DNA of 58,287 nt from Rhodospirillaceae bacterium TMED23. GTDB lineage: Bacteria; Pseudomonadota; Alphaproteobacteria; Rhodospirillales; UBA2165. A program made the translations under genes and the position numbers. The notes beneath the pieces were generated by a model. The model did not search any database and was not told the origin of the DNA. It saw only the letters and a list, made by a program, of their open reading frames with translations. The DNA lies in the NCBI GenBank assembly GCA_002168115.1, contig NHCC01000019.1, forward strand, positions 1-58,287, in the 5' to 3' direction. The stretch's first letter is position 1; each line of letters opens with the position of its first letter. Of this stretch, positions 17,083-26,565 are shown piece by piece.

Positions 17083-17976
17083 TTACATTAAGCCAGAACG
17101 TTCTAAAACACCATCAAGACGCTTTTCCAAATCTTTGTCAGCGGGCATCATTGGTAATCTATGGTGGTTTTCAGGAATTATACCAAGCCTTTTCATCATA
17201 TACTTGATGGGAATTGGATTGGTGTCATAAAATACACTTTGATTAAGCTCTAAGAGTCTTTGATGAATACTCTTGCCTTTTGCAAGATCATTATCCCAAA
17301 CTGCCTGACACATCTCCGATAGTAAATCTGGTCGAAGATTCCCAACAGCGTTCATTAAACCAACTGCCCCTATTGCCATTTCCGGAAAACTTAGTTCTTC
17401 AAGACCAACAAAAACATGAAAATTTGGAAATGCATCAATACATTCAGAGACAAAAGCAAGATCATTAACAGCGTGTTTCATTCCAATAAAATTGGGGGAT
17501 TTGTCTTTTAATTGCTTAACCGTTTCTAATGTTATAGAAACTGAGGCTCGGCCTGGAATATGATAAATCATCCATGGAGTGTCAATTCCATCCATTACTT
17601 CTAAGAAGTATTGAACCAATCCACGCTGGGGTGGCTTGATATAATATGGCGTTACAATCAATAATGCATCTGCACCAGCATCTGCTCCATGGCGTGTTAA
17701 TATTTTTGTTTCAGCTAAAGACTGTGATCCAGTTGCAGCAATAATGGGTAATCGACTGTTGTTCGCATCGATTGCAATATCAACGATCTTGTTGCGTTCC
17801 TCTGCGGTAAGTGTAGAAGGTTCAGCTGTTGTTCCATTAACTAAAATACCATGTGAACCATGTGAAATTTGAAACTCTACAAGTCTTGCATAAGCATCAT
17901 AATCCACCTCATTCCCATTAAACGGCGTGATTATTGGAGGGATAGATCCTTTTATTTTTGTTAAATCATATGTCAT
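17083..17976 (-). CDS. DapA/NAL-family class I aldolase (dihydrodipicolinate-synthase-like)
   Basis: SIPPIITPF, GILVNGTTAEPSTLTAEER, LLIVTPYY and YHIPGR. Start chosen at the ATG 17974-17976, preceded by AAGGAGGA; the track ORF extends 12 codons further. Confidence 0.85.
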   Translation of the reverse strand: MTYDLTKIKGSIPPIITPFNGNEVDYDAYARLVEFQISHGSHGILVNGTTAEPSTLTAEERNKIVDIAIDANNSRLPIIAATGSQSLAETKILTRHGADAGADALLIVTPYYIKPPQRGLVQYFLEVMDGIDTPWMIYHIPGRASVSITLETVKQLKDKSPNFIGMKHAVNDLAFVSECIDAFPNFHVFVGLEELSFPEMAIGAVGLMNAVGNLRPDLLSEMCQAVWDNDLAKGKSIHQRLLELNQSVFYDTNPIPIKYMMKRLGIIPENHHRLPMMPADKDLEKRLDGVLERSGLM

Positions 17977-18024
17977 TTTTTCCTCCTTTATATCCCGCAA
18001 GTATTGACACAATTTCTTATTTAG

Positions 18025-18036
18025 TTAACATGTTAA
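18025..18036. promoter_or_regulatory. Perfect 12-bp palindrome in the divergent hpa promoter region (candidate HpaR operator)
   Basis: ttaacatgttaa lies between the divergently transcribed DapA-family gene and hpaF. Confidence 0.4.
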
Positions 18037-18117
18037 GCAATAAATAATTGCTGTCAAATCAATTTTGGGTATCTAAATTGACCTCTAAACATAATTGAGT
18101 ATGAACGGATCTAAAAT

Positions 18118-18513
18118 ATGCCTCATATAATTATTGAATACTCCGAAAACTTAGAACAGAAAATAAATTTAGACACACTAATTGAAAAAATCCATATTTC
18201 CGCTCTGGATACTGGTATTTTTCCGCTTGGTGGCCTTCGGATTAGAGCAGCCAAAAGAGAGTACTATAAAATTGCTGATGGGCATCCAGATAATGTGTTT
18301 ATTCATATTGAACTTAAAATTGGTCCTGGCCGAGATAAAGAAACTAAAACATCGGCATTAAAGAAAATTTTCACTACAGCTGAGGCCTATCTGAAACCAA
18401 TATATGAAAATAGTCCGCTTGCCATGTCAGCAGAACTTAATGAATTTAACTCGGAGCTCCGAATCAACCAAAATAATATTCACAAGTATGTGGAGGAGCG
18501 AGCAAATGCTTGA
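18118..18513 (+). CDS. hpaF: 5-carboxymethyl-2-hydroxymuconate delta-isomerase
   Basis: MPHIIIEYSENL...TGIFPLGGLRIRA...FIHIELKIGPGR...NQNNIH is colinear with E. coli HpcD (MPHFIVECSDNI...TGIFPLAGIRSRV...FVHMTLKIGAGR...KQNNVH). Confidence 0.9.
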   Translation: MPHIIIEYSENLEQKINLDTLIEKIHISALDTGIFPLGGLRIRAAKREYYKIADGHPDNVFIHIELKIGPGRDKETKTSALKKIFTTAEAYLKPIYENSPLAMSAELNEFNSELRINQNNIHKYVEERANA

Positions 18514-20050
18514 CCGCACGGAAATATCAGAAGATTTAAAAGAAAATATAAATCTTGCTGAAAATTATTTAGAAAAATTTAAAGCTGATACTATGGGCCA
18601 TTTCATAAATGGTAAAAGAGTTGATGGCAAATCAAAAAAAAATTTCCAAAATACTTCTCCTTTAGGCCTTAATACTTTAAATCAAGTAAATAACGGTAGT
18701 CCTGATGATATTGATATGGCGGCTAAAGCTGCATTGAGAGCTTTTCCAGCATGGCGAGATATAAGCGGAAATGACCGATATGAAATTCTTCATAATATAG
18801 CAGACAATATTGTTAAACGCGCTAAAGAGATTGCTTTCATTGAATGTTTAGATACTGGTCAGCCACTTCGATTTATGAGTAAAGCTGCACTTAGAGGAGC
18901 AGAAAATTATAGATTTTTCGCTGATAAAGCAGCAGAGGCTGGAAGTGGTCGCTCTATGCCAGCAGCAGATCACATCAACTATTCAATCCGCCAACCAATA
19001 GGACCTGTAGGCGTAATTACACCGTGGAATACACCTTTTATGCTCTCAACTTGGAAAATAGCCCCTGCGCTCGCCGCAGGATGCACCGTAGTACATAAAC
19101 CAGCTGAATGGAGCCCTTTAACAGCCATGATATTAATGGAAATAATGCACGAATCAGGTGTGCCAGAGGGTGTTATAAACCTAGTAAATGGAAATGGTGA
19201 AATAACAGGTAAATCACTTACTGAGCATCCAGATATTAAGGCTATCTCTTTCGTTGGCGAGTCTCAGACTGGTGGAATGATAATGAGCCAGGGCTCCGAA
19301 ACATTAAAAAGAGTGCATTTTGAGCTCGGGGGTAAAAACCCCGTAATAGTATTTGAAGATACTGATCTTGAGCGTGCATTAGATGCAGTCGTTTTTATGA
19401 TTTATAGTCTTAATGGAGAACGCTGCACTTCATCAAGTAGGCTACTCATACAAAACTCTATACATGACGAATTTATTGAAAAACTATCAAAACGAATAAA
19501 AAATTTAAAAGTGGGTCATCCTCTTGACCCCAAAACTGAAGTTGGCCCACTTATTCATCAGCAACATTTTGATAAAGTATGCAGTTATTGGGATATAGCA
19601 AAAAAAGATGGAGCAGAAATAAAAGTCGGAGGACATGCCTCTAAAGAATTAGAAGGCGGATTATACGTTGAACCAACCCTCTTTACTCGAGCAAAAAATA
19701 ATATGCGTATAGCGCAAGAAGAAATATTTGGGCCTATGTTGACTGCGATACCTTTTAACAATGAAAAAGAAGCTATAGAGATTGCAAATGACGTAAAATA
19801 TGGATTGGCTGGCTATATCTGGACTAAAGATATTGGTAGAGCTCATCGCCTTGCCAGAGCCTTGGATGTAGGAATGATCTGGATAAACTCTGAAAATAAT
19901 CGCCATCTTCCAGCCCCATTTGGAGGTATGAAGTCAAGTGGTATAGGCCGTGATGGTGGTGATTATAGCTTTGATTTTTACATGGAAACAAAAAATATAT
20001 GTGTTGCATTAGATAACCATAAAGTTCCAATATTGGGAGCAAAAAAATGA
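18506..20050 (+). CDS. hpaE: 5-carboxymethyl-2-hydroxymuconate semialdehyde dehydrogenase (ALDH family)
   Basis: ALDH motifs are FELGGKNP and NGERCTSSSR (catalytic Cys), plus ITPWNTPF. Start set at the ATG 18506 with GGAGGAG 7 nt upstream; the ATGcTTGA region overlaps the hpaF stop. A later ATG at 18593 (MGHFINGK) is an alternative. Confidence 0.88.
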   Translation: MLDRTEISEDLKENINLAENYLEKFKADTMGHFINGKRVDGKSKKNFQNTSPLGLNTLNQVNNGSPDDIDMAAKAALRAFPAWRDISGNDRYEILHNIADNIVKRAKEIAFIECLDTGQPLRFMSKAALRGAENYRFFADKAAEAGSGRSMPAADHINYSIRQPIGPVGVITPWNTPFMLSTWKIAPALAAGCTVVHKPAEWSPLTAMILMEIMHESGVPEGVINLVNGNGEITGKSLTEHPDIKAISFVGESQTGGMIMSQGSETLKRVHFELGGKNPVIVFEDTDLERALDAVVFMIYSLNGERCTSSSRLLIQNSIHDEFIEKLSKRIKNLKVGHPLDPKTEVGPLIHQQHFDKVCSYWDIAKKDGAEIKVGGHASKELEGGLYVEPTLFTRAKNNMRIAQEEIFGPMLTAIPFNNEKEAIEIANDVKYGLAGYIWTKDIGRAHRLARALDVGMIWINSENNRHLPAPFGGMKSSGIGRDGGDYSFDFYMETKNICVALDNHKVPILGAKK

Positions 20051-20358
20051 GCCTCTATTATGTGCAAAAATTAATTTATGAATTAAATCGCAATCCAGAT
20101 ACTACTAAACGTTTTGAAGAAAATAGAGAGGCGTTACTAGCCAGTTATGATTTAACAGATGAAGAATTAACTGCCATACGTAAACCTGATATTGGGCTTC
20201 TCTATGTTTTGGGCGTAAATGGCCAAATTCTTATGCATTATGCAGCTCTTTGGAAAATACCATGGGATGACTACCTTAAATCGATGGAGGATGGCGTAAA
20301 AGAGCATGGCCCCGTCAGGACCGGATTGTACGCTCGAACGGAAGGGAAACTATCATGA
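20047..20358 (+). CDS. LigA-like small subunit of a class III extradiol dioxygenase
   Basis: 103 aa. YVQKLIYELNRNPDTTKRFEENREALLASYDLTDEELTAI fits the LigA/aromatic-ring-opening dioxygenase alpha-subunit pattern. Starts and stops overlap both neighbours by 4 nt. Confidence 0.7.
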   Translation: MSLYYVQKLIYELNRNPDTTKRFEENREALLASYDLTDEELTAIRKPDIGLLYVLGVNGQILMHYAALWKIPWDDYLKSMEDGVKEHGPVRTGLYARTEGKLS

Positions 20359-21182
20359 CGTTAGTATTTGCTGGAGCTTGCTCCCACGCACCTGGTATCA
20401 CCGGTAGGGCTAACCGCGGCGATCCGGAGCAGCGAAAAAATTTACTGGAAAGTTACGATAAAATGAGATTAGCAATTAAATCTTCTGGTGCTGAAGCATT
20501 AATTGTTATTGCTGCGGAACATTTTGCTAATTTTTTTATGAATAATATGCCTGCGTACTGTATTGGAATGGCAGACTATTATGAGGGGCCAATTGAAGAT
20601 GAAGAATGGTTGGGAATAAAACGGGTCAAAGTGCCCGGTAATTCAGAATTGTCAGAAGAAATAATACAAATCGTTATGAATGATATAGACGTCTCTTATG
20701 CCCAGGAATGGAAATTTGATCATGGAATTAGCGTACCATTAAATTTTCTAACGCCAAATTATGATATAGATGTCATTCCTGTAAACATAAACTGTCAAGG
20801 TCCACCTCTGACACCGCTCAACCGCGCCTATGAGTTTGGAAAATCTATTCGAAAAGCATGTGACAGCATAAATACAAAAATTGCAATTATTGGCACGGGG
20901 GGCATATCTCATTGGCCATGTACTCCTGACTCAGGAAAAATTAACGAAGACTTCGATAAAACGTTCTTAAATAGTTTTATATTCAATGATAAAAAAGCTT
21001 TGCTCTCATACTCTGATAAGGAAACTTACGAAAAAGCTGGGCAAGGAGGGTTTGAAATTAGAACATGGATAGCTGTAGCTGGGGCTTGTGAAGGCTCGAA
21101 AGGAGAACTTTGGTGCTATGAGCCAATTCCCAATTATGCCGTAGGTTGCACCGTGGCAAATATGGAGATCAATTATAAATGA
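20355..21182 (+). CDS. LigB-family class III extradiol ring-cleavage dioxygenase (homoprotocatechuate 2,3-dioxygenase-like)
   Basis: CSHAPGITG, AAEHFANFF, DHGISVPL and GTGGISHW (His-rich LigB blocks). Confidence 0.85.
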   Translation: MTLVFAGACSHAPGITGRANRGDPEQRKNLLESYDKMRLAIKSSGAEALIVIAAEHFANFFMNNMPAYCIGMADYYEGPIEDEEWLGIKRVKVPGNSELSEEIIQIVMNDIDVSYAQEWKFDHGISVPLNFLTPNYDIDVIPVNINCQGPPLTPLNRAYEFGKSIRKACDSINTKIAIIGTGGISHWPCTPDSGKINEDFDKTFLNSFIFNDKKALLSYSDKETYEKAGQGGFEIRTWIAVAGACEGSKGELWCYEPIPNYAVGCTVANMEINYK

Positions 21183-21928
21183 ATAAAGAATTAGAGGGTA
21201 AATTAGCTTTTATAACCGGGGGCAGTAACGGCATTGGAGCAGCTACAGTTCGCATGCTGGCTAATTTAGGGGCCAATGTTATTATTGGTTATAATAAAGG
21301 AAAAGATAGGGCTGAGCATCTTTTATCCGAAATCGAAGGTAACGGACATTCAATACTGCAAATGACTCTTGAAGACGGCTTATCTGTCGAGAGAGCGGCT
21401 AAAACAATAAAAGCTAATTATAAAAAATTAGATATTCTTGTTAATTCTGCTGGTTTTACGAAACCAATTCCGCACAACGACTTAGATGCTCTAGATGACG
21501 AGTTAATGGATAGAATGCTCATAACAAATATACGGGGTCCCTTTGCCGTAATTAGAGCGTTAAGGCCTTTATTAAGTTCTGGCGATGACAGCGTAATTAT
21601 AAATTTATCCTCAGTGTCCGGTTTTAAAGGCAGTGGTAGTAGCATTGCTTATGTAGCCTGCAAAGCAGCAATTGACACAATGAGCTTGGCACTCGCGCGT
21701 GTTCTCGGACCAGAAATACGAGTGAATTGCGTATCCCCAGGAGCTGTTGCCACAGATTTTGTTAAAGGAAGAGATCGAAAAAAATTGGAACAACAAGCTA
21801 TATCTGCGCCGCTTCAGAAGGTCGTCGAACCGGAAGACGTAGCTAAAGCTATAATCGCATATATTACGCACCTTAAACATTCAACAGGCGCTAGAATTAT
21901 TGTGGATAGTGGAAAATTTCTTAAATAA
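21179..21928 (+). CDS. SDR-family oxidoreductase (FabG-like)
   Basis: ITGGSNGIGAAT (TGxxxGxG), NSAG and YVACKAA (YxxxK). Confidence 0.85.
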   Translation: MNKELEGKLAFITGGSNGIGAATVRMLANLGANVIIGYNKGKDRAEHLLSEIEGNGHSILQMTLEDGLSVERAAKTIKANYKKLDILVNSAGFTKPIPHNDLDALDDELMDRMLITNIRGPFAVIRALRPLLSSGDDSVIINLSSVSGFKGSGSSIAYVACKAAIDTMSLALARVLGPEIRVNCVSPGAVATDFVKGRDRKKLEQQAISAPLQKVVEPEDVAKAIIAYITHLKHSTGARIIVDSGKFLK

Positions 21929-21952
21929 TATTTTTATACTAAAAATCTAAGT

Positions 21953-22885
21953 CTATTTCTTTGATATTGCAAAAACACCCATCATTATAATTGCAAAAGC
22001 GACAAAATGATATAACTTAAGGCTCTCATCTAACACTATAATCGCCATAACAGTAATAGCGATTAATCTTAAATGAATAGTTCCACTAGCCTTATTAGCG
22101 CCGAGCTTTTTATTTGTATAATTCCACAAACCAAGAGCACCGATGGCAACAAAAACTGCGGCCCATATTATAGAAAAAAGGGTAATCTGATTAAATTCAA
22201 TGGCCTGAATATAATAAGTTTCCCAAATATAAAGTGGAGCCAATAAAATTATTCCCAAAAACTGAATAACATTCAGAGTTATTATTGCTGGCACTTGATC
22301 GGGAATTCTTTTTAGAAGAATCGCATATAACGAAAATCCTAATACAGATATTACCATCCAAACGTCTCCTGGATTAGGTGATAGGTTAAAAAGAACGTTA
22401 ATGTCACCTTTTGAAATTATGAATAAAACACCTAGCGTCGCAACTACCGCACCCGCAATCTGGTTTTTAGAAACAAATTCTCTATAGAAAAGCCATGAAA
22501 GAGCAAAAGTAAACGCTGGCTGAACTGAAGAGACAATCGCACCATTAATCGCCGTGGTATAATTCAAGGCTATGTAAATAGTAGTATTACCGAGAACGAT
22601 CAAACAAAATGCAGATGCAAGATAGACTTTCCATTCCTCATAGAGAGTGGGTAAACAACTAAAAATTCTTTTATACGTAAAAGGCAGAATTATAAGGGTG
22701 GCAAGCACCCATCGCCAAAAAGATAATCCTATAGGTGGAACCTCACCTTGGATAAATCGTGCCATTATTTGATTACTACCAAACAAGATTTGCGATAAAA
22801 TTAGTAAAAAAAAGATCCAGGCAAAATTAAAATCTTTTGAGTTAACTCCCTTACTATCCTTAAATAGTTTTATTTTTTTTAACAC
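21953..22885 (-). CDS. DMT-superfamily (EamA) transporter
   Basis: 310 aa with ten hydrophobic segments and two EamA-like halves. Confidence 0.85.
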   Translation of the reverse strand: MLKKIKLFKDSKGVNSKDFNFAWIFFLLILSQILFGSNQIMARFIQGEVPPIGLSFWRWVLATLIILPFTYKRIFSCLPTLYEEWKVYLASAFCLIVLGNTTIYIALNYTTAINGAIVSSVQPAFTFALSWLFYREFVSKNQIAGAVVATLGVLFIISKGDINVLFNLSPNPGDVWMVISVLGFSLYAILLKRIPDQVPAIITLNVIQFLGIILLAPLYIWETYYIQAIEFNQITLFSIIWAAVFVAIGALGLWNYTNKKLGANKASGTIHLRLIAITVMAIIVLDESLKLYHFVAFAIIMMGVFAISKK

Positions 22886-22902
22886 AATCGGTTCTGAGAA
22901 CT

Positions 22903-23883
22903 CTATTTAACTTTTGCCAAGTAAATTCGGAAAAGTTCTTCCGGATCACTCCATGATTTTACCAAACTAAAGCCACTTTGGTTTAATAGGTTGGAAAACT
23001 CACCTTCTGTGTATTTATAAGAGCTTTCAGTATGGATGCTCTCGCCCTTTTTAAACGAAAATACCATATCATCAATTGTAATATTCTGTACTTCCTTACT
23101 ATCGAGATGCATTTCTATTTTTCCTTCATTTTCGTTATAAAAAGCTTTGTGTTGGAAATTTGTTATATCAAGGTCAGCCTGAAGCTCCCTTTTAATGCGC
23201 GTTAACAGATTTAAATTAAATTGTGCCGTATAGCCGAGTTTATCGTTATAAGCCTGATTAAGAAGATCAGTATCCTTCTTTGTATCAACTCCAATTAAGA
23301 GTTGGCCATTGGAGCCAAGTGTTGCACTCATTCTCTCAAGTAAAATTTTTGCCAAATCGGGTGTTTGGTTTCCGATAGTCGAACCTGGGAAAAATCCGAG
23401 CCGATTAATCGAACTTGGGCCCTTTGATTGGTCTAAAACTATTTTGTCAGAAAAGTCGGCACATATCCCACCCACCCTTAAACTTGGGTAATCTTTTGCT
23501 ATCTCGCGAACAGTTTTAATTAAATATAATTTTGAGATATCAATTGCAAAATACTCAGAAGGGCTCTTAAGTATGGATAATAATGCTCTGATTTTAAGAC
23601 TAGACCCGCATCCATATTCGATAATACTCGAATTTGAACCAATTAATGGTTGCAAATCGGAGCCAATAGATGTGATCAGTGCTATCTCTGTGCGGGTAAC
23701 GTAATACTCTTTTGTTGCACAAATTTTATCAAATAATTCTGAGCCTTTAGTATCATAAAAGAATTTTGGAGGGACATACTTTATATCATGTCCAAGACCT
23801 TGAATTACGGCGTCTTTAAAATTTTCAAGTTTTGGTTGAAGGTCTAAAAAAAAATCTATTCCCTCAATGTTCTGCTCCAACAT
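22903..23883 (-). CDS. egtD: EgtD-type SAM-dependent amino-acid N-alpha-trimethyltransferase (histidine betaine synthase-like)
   Basis: PPKFFYDTKGSELFDKICATKEYYVTRTE, EYGCGSS, FFPGSTIGN, QLLIGVD and ESSYKY are colinear with M. smegmatis EgtD blocks ([50 protein letters not shown], VSCKF). Confidence 0.85.
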   Translation of the reverse strand: MLEQNIEGIDFFLDLQPKLENFKDAVIQGLGHDIKYVPPKFFYDTKGSELFDKICATKEYYVTRTEIALITSIGSDLQPLIGSNSSIIEYGCGSSLKIRALLSILKSPSEYFAIDISKLYLIKTVREIAKDYPSLRVGGICADFSDKIVLDQSKGPSSINRLGFFPGSTIGNQTPDLAKILLERMSATLGSNGQLLIGVDTKKDTDLLNQAYNDKLGYTAQFNLNLLTRIKRELQADLDITNFQHKAFYNENEGKIEMHLDSKEVQNITIDDMVFSFKKGESIHTESSYKYTEGEFSNLLNQSGFSLVKSWSDPEELFRIYLAKVK

Positions 23884-24534
23884 TGCACTCCACTCCGTAA
23901 ATCATATAAAATAAAGCGCCAAACTCCACTAGGGTCCTGTTACTGTCAAGCATTGCTTGGAAATATTATGAAGAGTGAGCTAATTTGGTATCAATGAGAT
24001 TGAATTAGCGTAATTTTTTTAGATTAAAATTTTTACCAACGGAATTAATCTATAAAGCCGTTGGATAAGTAATTATAAGTATCTAAAATGAGAATAGTAA
24101 CAATTCTAATTAATGAATAAAAAAGATAATACAAATTATAGATTAAGATCCTTTAAGCGACTTTCGGATGATGAACCAAGTGGAAATTATGATGGAACTC
24201 TCACAGCTGACTATCAATATGTCAAAGTTTGGGTATTTTTTTTGAATGTACTGGAATCAAAGTTGTAACGCCAGAATTTCCAGAGGATTCTCATGACTAT
24301 TTTCTGACGCAAGATTGGCTGACCGTCCCAAGATGTTGGGTGGGAGAGTCAGATATTAGCTTCAAACAAAAGTGCAGAGGCCTAGCTAAAAGAAGTTTGC
24401 GGCTAGCAGATTTCCCAAAGAGAGAAAAGGTAAATATGGCATTTAGACTTCCTAATACAACGTTTTTCTTCGCAGAGATTATTATTCTCTAAAATCAGGT
24501 TGATTAACCTCCAATCTGCTAATAAATAGTTAGA

Positions 24535-25317
24535 ATGGATCAACATTTTAGAATTATAAATAGCCACAGCAATAGTCCTCTTTTATTGATCTGTGACCAT
24601 GCGAGCAATTACATTCCCGCCAAATACAAAGATCTTGGTCTTACCTCAAACCAGCTACAAGAACATATCGCATGGGATATCGGAGCTGCAGAGATTACTT
24701 TACAGATATCCAAAATGTTAGATTCTGTTGCTATTTTATGCGGAATCTCTCGTCTTATTATTGATACCAATCGTGATCCATCGGATCCAAATGCTACTCC
24801 AGAGATAAGCGATAATATTTCCATTACAGGTAACAAAAACCTCACAAAAATTAATCGGGAGAACCGACTTAAAAACTACTTTTGGCCCTATCATAATGCA
24901 ATTAGAAAGCAGATTGATTATCTTAAGGGAAAATTAAATCCATTGAATAAAACCCCTATTATCTTTTCGATCCATACTTTTACTCAAATCATGAGGTCGG
25001 TTGGGGGGGTGAGAAGACTCTGGGATGTTGGCGTTCTGTGGGATCGTGACCCAAGGGTTGCAGGCATTTTGATAAGAGAATTAACCAATCATAAAGACAA
25101 CTTAATCGTTGGAGATAATAAACCATATTCAGGAAAAGAATTCTATTATACTTTAGACTATCATGCTGGAAGCCGCGGATTACCTCATTGTGCAATCGAA
25201 ATACGGCAAGATTTAGTTGATACTCCTGAGCAAACAATCTATTGGGCCACACTAATCTCGAAGATTTTAAATAATATTATCAATAATTCGGAAATTCATA
25301 AAATACAGCAATATTGA
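24535..25317 (+). CDS. N-formylglutamate amidohydrolase (FGase) family protein, paralog 1
   Basis: LLLICDHASNYIP, IDTNRDP and SIHTF are the typical FGase family blocks. Confidence 0.8.
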   Translation: MDQHFRIINSHSNSPLLLICDHASNYIPAKYKDLGLTSNQLQEHIAWDIGAAEITLQISKMLDSVAILCGISRLIIDTNRDPSDPNATPEISDNISITGNKNLTKINRENRLKNYFWPYHNAIRKQIDYLKGKLNPLNKTPIIFSIHTFTQIMRSVGGVRRLWDVGVLWDRDPRVAGILIRELTNHKDNLIVGDNKPYSGKEFYYTLDYHAGSRGLPHCAIEIRQDLVDTPEQTIYWATLISKILNNIINNSEIHKIQQY

Positions 25318-25409
25318 GATAAGATATAACTTTTCGAACGAACTTGTAGTATGGCCAATTGGTATATAGAAATATAATAAACTTAAATCCAATTTTAAAC
25401 GAGGAAATT

Positions 25410-25655
25410 ATGGCTGATGTTGCGGGAATCCATAGTGACAGATTAAGAACAATTATTGAGCGGATAGAAAATCTCGAAGAGGAAAAGAGAGCTTTGTCCG
25501 ACGATATTCGAGAAATATATTTAGAAGCCAAATCGGCTGGTTTTGATGTCAAAATTCTGCGGCAGCTAATCAACCTCAGAAAACTTGACGTTAATGATCG
25601 ACAGGAACAAGAGGTTATGCTGGATCTTTATAAGCGTGCTATGGATATGAGCTAA
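25410..25655 (+). CDS. gapR: GapR/DUF2312 (UPF0335) DNA-binding protein
   Basis: MADVAGIHSDRLRTIIERIENLEEEKRALSDDIREIYLEAKSAGFDVKILRQLINLRK matches Caulobacter GapR ([47 protein letters not shown]). Start is at the ATG 25410 after GAGGA; the track ORF begins 17 codons earlier. Confidence 0.88.
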   Translation: MADVAGIHSDRLRTIIERIENLEEEKRALSDDIREIYLEAKSAGFDVKILRQLINLRKLDVNDRQEQEVMLDLYKRAMDMS

Positions 25656-25667
25656 TTGTTTCAACTT

Positions 25668-26363
25668 TTAGAATTTCTCTACCCAAGGGCGCACTTCTAT
25701 TTCCCAAGTCCAAGATGAACGATGTTGTTGATACAAATGATAATATGTATCGGCGATGGATTCAGGCAACAAGAGACTATCTTCATTACCCTCAAAAACT
25801 CTACCCTTTTCCATTGAAGATATCCCGCCATCAACTATGACGTGAACGACATGTATATTTTGAGGATGCAGTTCACGCGCCATACTTTGCGCCAAACCAC
25901 GCAAACCAAACTTTCCCATAGCGAACGTAGCCGACTGAGCAAAACCCTTTACGCCAGCAGATGCTCCCGTGAACATAATTGTACCTTTACCTGACTTGAG
26001 CATTAGTCTCGCGGCCTCTTGTCCAACCAAGAAGCCGCCATAACAGGTAGTTAATAAAGCAGACTTCACTTCATCTGAATTAATATCGGTAATTGGCCCT
26101 CGCACTCTTTGACTGGCGTTAAATATTACTACCTCTGGGCTGCCAAAATCATTTTCAACATTCGCAAATAAATTTTTAACGTCTCCTGGCTCTGAGGCAT
26201 CGCATTCATAAACATTTGAGTTGGTCTCACTCTTTAATTTACTCAACTTATTAATATTTCTAGCGGCCAAAATGCATTTCATTCCAGCACTATTAAATCT
26301 CTTTGCTAAAGATGCACTTAAACCTAGTCCCGCACCAACAATTAAAGCTATATTATCTGACAT
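25668..26363 (-). CDS. SDR-family oxidoreductase (variant with FxxxK in place of YxxxK)
   Basis: IVGAGLGLSASLA and FNAS. The active-site region reads ATFAMGKFGLRGLAQSMAREL. Confidence 0.8.
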   Translation of the reverse strand: MSDNIALIVGAGLGLSASLAKRFNSAGMKCILAARNINKLSKLKSETNSNVYECDASEPGDVKNLFANVENDFGSPEVVIFNASQRVRGPITDINSDEVKSALLTTCYGGFLVGQEAARLMLKSGKGTIMFTGASAGVKGFAQSATFAMGKFGLRGLAQSMARELHPQNIHVVHVIVDGGISSMEKGRVFEGNEDSLLLPESIADTYYHLYQQHRSSWTWEIEVRPWVEKF

Positions 26364-26565
26364 TCTGCACCTATCAAAGTAAAAGACCCACTATTTCACG
26401 GTACAATCTTTTTAGAGAGATTCAAACTAAAAGATCTAAACTTGGTTTTATATTTAGAGAAAAAACTCAATTTAAATTATTTACTGAAAAGTAACTAGTT
26501 TACACTAAAGTTAACATTAGGAAATTTAATGGGTTATAGAATTAAAATAAGGTTTAGATAATAAA

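Noticed and set aside
18404-18505. Upstream extension of the hpaE ORF (track start 18404)
   Set aside because: It overlaps the last 110 nt of hpaF in another frame. A strong GGAGGAG-ATG start at 18506 with an ATGcTTGA-type overlap is a far better start.
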